The notes under the pieces are model-generated. The model was given only the letters and a program-made list of their open reading frames with translations, ran no database searches and was not told the DNA's origin. This document shows positions 5,770-11,244 of a stretch of DNA of 11,244 bases, in pieces. The position numbers were made by a program, and so were the translations under genes. This DNA comes from Myxococcales bacterium. GTDB taxonomy: Bacteria; Myxococcota_A; UBA9042. Location: NCBI GenBank assembly GCA_037441385.1, contig JBBISH010000167.1, positions 1 to 11,244 on the forward strand, given 5' to 3'. Within the stretch, counting starts at the first letter, position 1, and each line of letters starts with the position of its first letter.

Positions 5770-6753
5770 ATGCGCTTTGCCACGCTCGCCTTTCTGCTGT
5801 GCCCGCTGCTGCTTGCCCCGGCCCTGGCGGTCGCGGCGCCGCGGCCCAGCCCCAGCCAGGTAGAGGCCCGCAACGCCGAGTTGGTGCAGGCCATCGCCGC
5901 CCAGCCCGGCGAGCCGGCGTGGCGCTACATCGTCATCCATCACACAGCGTCGGAGCACGACTCACTGCGCGGCATCAGCGCCGGCCACGCCAAGCGCTTC
6001 CGGGATCCGCTGGGCATCCAGTACCACTTCCTGATTGGCAACGGCAACTCTGCGCCGGATGGGGCGATTCAACTCGCGCGCTGGCCGCATCGCCAGTTGT
6101 CGATCCATGTGGTGCACCCCGAGCGCGCCCCGACGGCCATCACCATCTCGCTGCAGGGCAACCTACACGAGCGCGTGCCCTCGCCCGCACAGATGCTGGC
6201 GGTCGAGACCCTGGTGCGCCACCTCATGGCGTTGTACGGCATCGACGCTGACCGGCTGTCGTCCAACACCAACGTCGACGGCACCTTTACCGTATGCCCA
6301 GGCAAGTACTTCCCCTTCGATCGCCTGGTGTGGCGATTGCGGCACAAGCAGAGCGCCAGCCTGCCCGATTGGCAGACGCCCCTGGCCGCCGTGCCCATGG
6401 ATGGACCGTGGCCCGACCTGCCCAGCGCGCGCGAGGCATTGCGATGGGACCGACCTTGCCGCGAGCCGATCCCGCCAGGCCCGCTGGTCGAGTTGAGCGT
6501 GTTGCCAGGGCGCGAGCAGCCGCGCGCGGCGGTGCTGGCGATCGCGGGGGGCCGCGGCTGTACGCCGATCTCGCGGCGCTTTCTGGGTCTGCAGACGCCG
6601 CAGGGCTGGTACCTGCGTGAACTGAACGGCTATCGGGTGTCGCGACTCAAACGCCAGGGCGGCCGTGTGCTGGTCGCCGACGAGCGCGGACCGATGCAAC
6701 GCTGCCGTGTGTCTGTGGATGGGCCGCCGCTGTGTGCGCTGGTGGCGCCGTAG
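5770..6753 (+). CDS. Secreted N-acetylmuramoyl-L-alanine amidase (Amidase_2/PGRP) family protein with C-terminal extension; possibly non-catalytic
   Basis: Signal peptide MRFATLAFLLCPLLLAPALAVA. Motifs WRYIVIHHTAS, GIQYHFLIGNG, ITISLQGN, PSPAQM, TVCPGKYFP. Alternative start ATG 5755; TAG 6751-6753. Confidence 0.88.
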   Translation: MRFATLAFLLCPLLLAPALAVAAPRPSPSQVEARNAELVQAIAAQPGEPAWRYIVIHHTASEHDSLRGISAGHAKRFRDPLGIQYHFLIGNGNSAPDGAIQLARWPHRQLSIHVVHPERAPTAITISLQGNLHERVPSPAQMLAVETLVRHLMALYGIDADRLSSNTNVDGTFTVCPGKYFPFDRLVWRLRHKQSASLPDWQTPLAAVPMDGPWPDLPSAREALRWDRPCREPIPPGPLVELSVLPGREQPRAAVLAIAGGRGCTPISRRFLGLQTPQGWYLRELNGYRVSRLKRQGGRVLVADERGPMQRCRVSVDGPPLCALVAP

Positions 6754-6785
6754 CAGGCCACGGTTGGCTGGCGGACCGGACCGGG

Positions 6786-7012
6786 AAGTTGGGGGGGCAT
6801 TTTCTACCCCTTGAAATTACGACATTCTTGACCCCGCGTCAGCGATGCCGGCCCCGCAGGGGTGGCGGCGCCGGGTCAGGCGTCGCCACCGCCGGGAGCA
6901 CGAGCCCAGGGTCCCGCCGGAGTTCCCTTCGACCGGCGGCCGCAGCGCGACGGGCCGGCGGCGAAGTGCAGCACTTGCCCGCTTCTCAAGTCCGCCGGAC
7001 CGGGACGCCCAG
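6786..7012. repeat. Dispersed structured repeat, copy C
   Basis: Aligns with 3692-3938 along its length. Stems are retained and loops diverged. The right inverted end is degenerate. Confidence 0.88.
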
Positions 7013-7263
7013 AACCTGCTGCCTGACACGCTGCACCCTCGTGTCATGTCGTCGACATAGCTACGGAATGGGCGGAACTTCGGCCGCCGCGCCCGGCCGC
7101 GCTGCCGCCGCCAACCGCTACCTCGCTGGCGGGACCACCCCGGTTTGACTCCAACCGCCGCGCCCCCTACGCTTGCAGAACCAAAGGCGGGCACCGGCGG
7201 CTGGGGAGCGCGGCCGGGCTGCGCGACAGCGGCACGCGTGCCGGCGACGAGGGAGAGTACACG

Positions 7264-9417
7264 ATGAACATTCAGCAAACATGGCGCCACGCGCTGCTCG
7301 GTTTGGCCGCGACGGCGGGCGCGCTAGCCGCAGCCCCGGCCACGGCGGCGATGCCCCTGACCGCAACGATCGAGGGCGTGCTGCAGTCCTCTGGCGGCGG
7401 GCCCGCCGCAGACGGCAACTACGGCGTTACCTTCGCCCTCTACGCCAGCGAAACTGGCGGCACCGCCATCTGGAGCGAGGGACCGGTACAAGTCGTCGCC
7501 AAGGGCGGGCTCTTCACCGCGGTCCTGGGCAGCAAGACGCCGCTCTCGCCCGCGGCGCTCTCGCAGAGCAATGCGTGGTTCGGCGTGCAGGTCGGCAGCG
7601 ACCCCGAGCTGGCGCGGCGGCCGGTGGGCGCAAGCCTGTACGCCCTGCGCGCAGCCGTGGCCGAGGCGCTGGAGTGCTCGGGCTGCATCAAAGCCGGTGC
7701 ACTCGACGCGGCGGTCCTGCAACCCTATGCCAAGTCGAGTGATCTGTCGGCCTACGCCAAGACTGCCGACCTGGGAGTCTACGCCAAGACCGGCGATTTG
7801 GGGGTGTATGCCAAGGTCGCAGATCTGGCGGCCTACGCCAAGGCGACCGATCTGGGCGCCTACGCCAAGCTCACCGACCTGTCCGACTACGTCAAAGCCG
7901 CCTCGCTCGCCAAGGTGGCGGGCACCGGCGACTACGCCGACCTGAAGAACACGCCCGCGCTGGCCAAGGTGGCGACCAGCGGCGACTTCGCCGACCTCAA
8001 GAACGCACCGACCGCCCCAGCGGTGGGCAAGCTGTGCGGCACTGGCCTGTTCCTCAAGGGCTTCAACGGCGACGGCAGCGTCAGCTGCAGCGCAATCGCC
8101 CCGGCCGACCTGCCGCCCGACGGCCTCGCCGCCGTGTCGAACGGCCTCGTCAGCAACCAGTTCGTCGACTCGCAGGCCGGCACGACCGACGTCCCCATCC
8201 CCGACGGTCTGGGCGCCGGCAAGTCCGACTCGCTGACCTTCCCTGACATCGGCCTGGCGCAAAAACTCTGGATTACCATGAGCATCGCCAACTCGGACCT
8301 CTCCGGTGTCAAGGTGGAGCTCTACGCTCCCGGACTGTCGACGCCCTACATCCTCTACGACGGCGGCAAGACCGGCACTGCCCTGACCGCGTCGTTCAAC
8401 GACACGACGGCCATCGTGTCCGGCGACCTGAACAAGGATTGGATCGGCAAGAACATCAAGGGCATCTGGTCCATCACGGTCAAGGACGTCAAGGTCGGCG
8501 GCGGCTCGGGCGGCTTCGACGGCAAATTCAACTGGGTCGTCAACATTCAGACCTTGTCGAGCAAGAAAGTGCAGGTCAAAGGCAACCTCTTGGTCGACGG
8601 CAAGATTTTCGGCACCGGCGTCTGCGGCAACGGCGTGGTCGAAACGGGCGAAGACTGCGACGACGGCAATCTGGTCGACGGCGACGGCTGCTCCAGCCAA
8701 TGCTCCGCCGCCACGGCAGAAAAGACCTGCGCCGCCATCCTGGCCAAGAACGCCGCCGCCAAGTCCGGCGAGTACACCATCGACCTCGACGGCGCCGGCC
8801 CGTGGGCGCCCCGCGAAGTCTTCTGCGACATGAGCACCAGCGGCGGCGGCTGGACCCGCTTCCTGCTCCACCAAGATCCCTTTGGCACCAAGCGCTTGGG
8901 CGTCGACGCCTGGAACGATGCCATCGCGATGGCGGCGGCCGGCGGCATCAAGCAGTGGCTCATCAAGACCTACACCAACCCGGCAGAGAGCAGCGGCAGC
9001 GGCGCCAAGCCGTTCAATGCGTTCATCTTGAACCTAAACGCATCGGCGCAAGGCGTCGGTTTTACGGGCTTTACTCACGCCACCAGCTTGGCCTACGACG
9101 CTCACCGCTGGAGCGGCACCGGCCGCGTCGACAGCGCCACCCTCCTGCCGGGCTCGAACTGCACGGCCTGGAGCAGCAGCTACAACAACGGCACCTTCCT
9201 GTGGGGCGAGCACCGCTGGAGCACCAACTACTCGCTTGGTTTCATGTGGTTCAGCTACTGCGGCGCCCCGGCGGGCTACCACATGCTCATCGTCAACCAC
9301 GACTACGACTACGGCGCCGCGGGCCGCTTCCAGACCCTCATCGGCACCAACAACAACCCCGGCGGGCCCACCGGCTACGACGAGGATGGCGGCACCTACG
9401 AGTTCTTCTTCAAGTAG
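7264..9417 (+). CDS. Large secreted mosaic protein: signal peptide, N-terminal beta domain, tail-fibre-like repeats, proprotein-convertase P-like domain, Myxococcus Cys-rich repeat, fibrinogen-like (FCDM...GGGWT) domain
   Basis: RBS GAGGGAGAG and an Ala-rich signal peptide. Motifs VTFALYASETGGTAIWSE...GLFTAVLG, DLxxYAK repeats, PIPDG...VKVELYAPG...GIWSITVKD, CGNGVVETGEDCDDGNLVDGDGCSSQC, KTCAAIL...SGEYTIDLDG...VFCDMSTSGGGWT. TAG 9415-9417. Confidence 0.93.
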   Translation: MNIQQTWRHALLGLAATAGALAAAPATAAMPLTATIEGVLQSSGGGPAADGNYGVTFALYASETGGTAIWSEGPVQVVAKGGLFTAVLGSKTPLSPAALSQSNAWFGVQVGSDPELARRPVGASLYALRAAVAEALECSGCIKAGALDAAVLQPYAKSSDLSAYAKTADLGVYAKTGDLGVYAKVADLAAYAKATDLGAYAKLTDLSDYVKAASLAKVAGTGDYADLKNTPALAKVATSGDFADLKNAPTAPAVGKLCGTGLFLKGFNGDGSVSCSAIAPADLPPDGLAAVSNGLVSNQFVDSQAGTTDVPIPDGLGAGKSDSLTFPDIGLAQKLWITMSIANSDLSGVKVELYAPGLSTPYILYDGGKTGTALTASFNDTTAIVSGDLNKDWIGKNIKGIWSITVKDVKVGGGSGGFDGKFNWVVNIQTLSSKKVQVKGNLLVDGKIFGTGVCGNGVVETGEDCDDGNLVDGDGCSSQCSAATAEKTCAAILAKNAAAKSGEYTIDLDGAGPWAPREVFCDMSTSGGGWTRFLLHQDPFGTKRLGVDAWNDAIAMAAAGGIKQWLIKTYTNPAESSGSGAKPFNAFILNLNASAQGVGFTGFTHATSLAYDAHRWSGTGRVDSATLLPGSNCTAWSSSYNNGTFLWGEHRWSTNYSLGFMWFSYCGAPAGYHMLIVNHDYDYGAAGRFQTLIGTNNNPGGPTGYDEDGGTYEFFFK
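7714..8010 (+). repeat. Intragenic tandem repeats: 7 x 27 bp (DLxxYAKxx) then 2 x 54 bp (xLAKVAxxGDxADLKNxP)
   Basis: 27-bp units start at 7714, 7741, 7768, 7795, 7822, 7849, 7876; 54-bp units at 7903 and 7957. Units are in frame and degenerate at the DNA level. Confidence 0.88.
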
Positions 9418-9426
9418 CCGCGTATA

Positions 9427-10683
9427 CTACCTTTTGCGCCGTTCCAGCTCGCGCAGAATCGCCAGCGGATCGTCGTCGTCATCGCCAATTTCCAGGACGC
9501 TGGCCGCCTCGCGCACCTTGGGTGGCTCTACCCGCCGCGGCGCAGGCACGGCCGCGGGCTGGCGCACCACTTGCACGGCCTCCTCAGCATCCTCAACGCC
9601 ATACTGCGGCTCTGCGGGCCGAGTGGGGCGGTCCAGCGGCGGCGTCCGCGGCAGCTCGGGCACCGGCTCGGCGTCGCGCTCGCTGGGCACGTAGAAGTCG
9701 CTGCGGCGGTCCAGCCACTCGCGGTAGCGGCCAAAAGTCCAGCAGCCGTCCTGCCCACCGGTCTCCAGCACGGTCTGCAGCTTGCTCCACTGGGCGGCCC
9801 GAATGGCACTGCGCGCCGCGGTAGTGCCAGTCAGAATCTCCAGTTCGGGCACCAGCCGGTCCGTAGCGGTGCGGTACGTCAAGCGCTGACACACCACGGC
9901 GACCAGGGCGTCGGCCAACTGCGCCGCCACGTTGCTCTGCGCCTCCGGCGCGAACGCGTTGACGATGCGGGCCAGCGCCTCGGCCGAGGTCGCCGAATGC
10001 AGCGTGGCAAACACCAGGTGACCGGTCTCGGCCGCCGCCAAAGTCAGGCGCATCGTCTCGGGGTCGCGCATCTCGCCCACCACCAGCACGTCGGGATCCT
10101 GGCGCAGGGCATCCAGCAGGGCCTGCTCGAAGCTGGGCGTATCGCGCCCCACTTCACGCTGGCGGATCAACGACTTGCGCGGCGCAATCGCGTACTCGAT
10201 CGGACTCTCGAGCGCGATGATGTGACGGGTCTCGTTCAAGTTGATCTCTTGGATCAGCGCCGCCAGCGTGGTCGACTTGCCCGAGCCGGTCGCGCCCGAC
10301 ACCAGAACCAACCCGTGCTGGAACTGCACCAGGCGTGCCAAGTCGGGATGAAGATTCAACTTGCGCAGGTTCGCCTGGAAGGCCGTGAGCAGCCGCACCG
10401 CCAGGCCTACGCCGCGGGCCGTGCGGACCACGTTGATACGGCAGCGCACTCCGCCCAGCGTCCGCGACAAGTCGTACGACTGCCGCCGCCGGAAGTCGTT
10501 CCACTGATCGTCGCTCAGCAGTTCGCGAGCCGCCCGCTGCAGCGCCGCCGCCGGCACCGGCTCGCCGACCAGACGCAACTGGCCGCGAACGCGCAGCGCC
10601 ACGGGCAACCCCGGTTCCAGGTGCAGATCGCTCGCACCCGCCGCGATGGCCGGTTGTAGCCACTGGCCAAGGGCCTCTTGCAT
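9427..10683 (-). CDS. pilT: PilT/PilU family type IV pilus retraction ATPase
   Basis: ASDLHL N-domain, Walker A GATGSGKST, ESPIEY (Asp box), QREVGRDT, ALRQDPDVLVVGEMRD (Walker B), AAETGHLVFATLH (His box). RBS GGGAGGA before ATG 10683. Which PilT paralogue it is cannot be decided here. Confidence 0.93.
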   Translation of the reverse strand: MQEALGQWLQPAIAAGASDLHLEPGLPVALRVRGQLRLVGEPVPAAALQRAARELLSDDQWNDFRRRQSYDLSRTLGGVRCRINVVRTARGVGLAVRLLTAFQANLRKLNLHPDLARLVQFQHGLVLVSGATGSGKSTTLAALIQEINLNETRHIIALESPIEYAIAPRKSLIRQREVGRDTPSFEQALLDALRQDPDVLVVGEMRDPETMRLTLAAAETGHLVFATLHSATSAEALARIVNAFAPEAQSNVAAQLADALVAVVCQRLTYRTATDRLVPELEILTGTTAARSAIRAAQWSKLQTVLETGGQDGCWTFGRYREWLDRRSDFYVPSERDAEPVPELPRTPPLDRPTRPAEPQYGVEDAEEAVQVVRQPAAVPAPRRVEPPKVREAASVLEIGDDDDDPLAILRELERRKR

Positions 10684-10852
10684 GGATCGTCCTCCCGCCG
10701 CGCGGCCCCCAACGCCGGTGCAGCACTTGAAGGAGCGGAGTCGCCGGGTTATTCCCGATTTCGCTGAGGCCTGGCTTGGGGGGTGAGCGCAGCACCCGGC
10801 AGTGGCGCGCCAGCCAGAATCGCGGGCGTCGCTGCCGGGTTGCGCAGATTCG

Positions 10853-11244
10853 CTATTGCAGGGTCAGCTTGACGTAGCCGTCGCCGCCGGCCGCGGCAGC
10901 GCCACCGGCCGAACCACCGCCGCCCACCGTTGAGGTCGCCGACAGGGCCGCGGTCGAGAAGCACGCACCGCCGCCGCCGTTGCCGCCCGTGTCGTAGCCC
11001 GAGCCGTTGCCGATGCCGCCCGCGCCGCTGGTGTAGCCCGAACCGCCCGCGCCGCCGCCGCCACCGTCCAAGCCCGGCAAGCTGCCGCCGGCAGAAGGAG
11101 CGGCAAAGGGAAGCAGGGCCGTGTTGCAGCCAGCCGAGGCCGCCTTGCCGCCGTTGTTGCAGCCCGAGCCACCACCGCCGCCGCCGCCCGCGGCAACCAG
11201 CACCGCGTTCGCCGCGCTGGCCGAGCCAAGGAACACGCCCGACA
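10853..11244 (-). CDS. 5'-truncated protein ending in a glycine-rich domain
   Basis: The frame is open from the window end (SGVFLGSASAANAVLVAAGGGGGGG...GGDGYVKLTLQ*) to TAG at 10853-10855. VLVAAGGGGG and the terminal GGDGYVxLT pattern are typical of bacterial/ALK-like Gly-rich domains. Confidence 0.82.
   Translation of the reverse strand, partial: SGVFLGSASAANAVLVAAGGGGGGGSGCNNGGKAASAGCNTALLPFAAPSAGGSLPGLDGGGGGAGGSGYTSGAGGIGNGSGYDTGGNGGGGACFSTAALSATSTVGGGGSAGGAAAAGGDGYVKLTLQ

Noticed and set aside
7714..8010. Tandem repeats as a CRISPR or guide-RNA array
   Set aside because: Units are 27/54 bp, in frame, vary at synonymous positions and lack unique spacers; they are protein repeats, and no cas genes are present.
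7324..10659. Long alternative ORFs 7324..8874 (-), 8439..9824 (+), 9571..10659 (+)
   Set aside because: Antisense or frame-shifted shadows of the 717-aa gene and pilT, with no independent protein motifs.
1..11244. tRNA, rRNA, integrase, transposase or toxin gene
   Set aside because: No cloverleaf, rRNA signature, recombinase/transposase catalytic motif or Rhs/CDI toxin segment was recognised.

Overview
GC-rich bacterial DNA. The Myxococcus-type Cys-rich repeats, a fibrinogen-like GGGWT module and PilT suggest a Myxococcota/deltaproteobacterial lineage (inference). The flanks look like host genes: a 5'-truncated Cys-rich/EGF surface protein, a lipoprotein, a 717-aa mosaic secreted protein, a PilT-family ATPase and a 5'-truncated Gly-rich protein. 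The middle (~2.0-7.0 kb) looks accessory. It begins with a ~920-bp intergenic region holding a CTAG-bounded 12-bp inverted repeat and a perfect lux-box-shaped palindrome, ahead of a GNAT-fold gene. Three related copies of an unannotated structured element with imperfect terminal inverted repeats follow (3683-3938, 5409-5587, 6786-7012). They delimit (i) a minus-strand block of three small orphan immunity-like genes (Imm8 with an internal amber codon, a two-module hypothetical, a stand-alone EF-Tu domain III-like protein) and (ii) a secreted amidase_2/PGRP-like gene lacking one Zn ligand. The best candidate for a new system is this repeat-delimited cassette array, possibly for interbacterial defence. 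No recombinase or transposase is present in the window. All family assignments come from motif recognition by eye, not from database searches.
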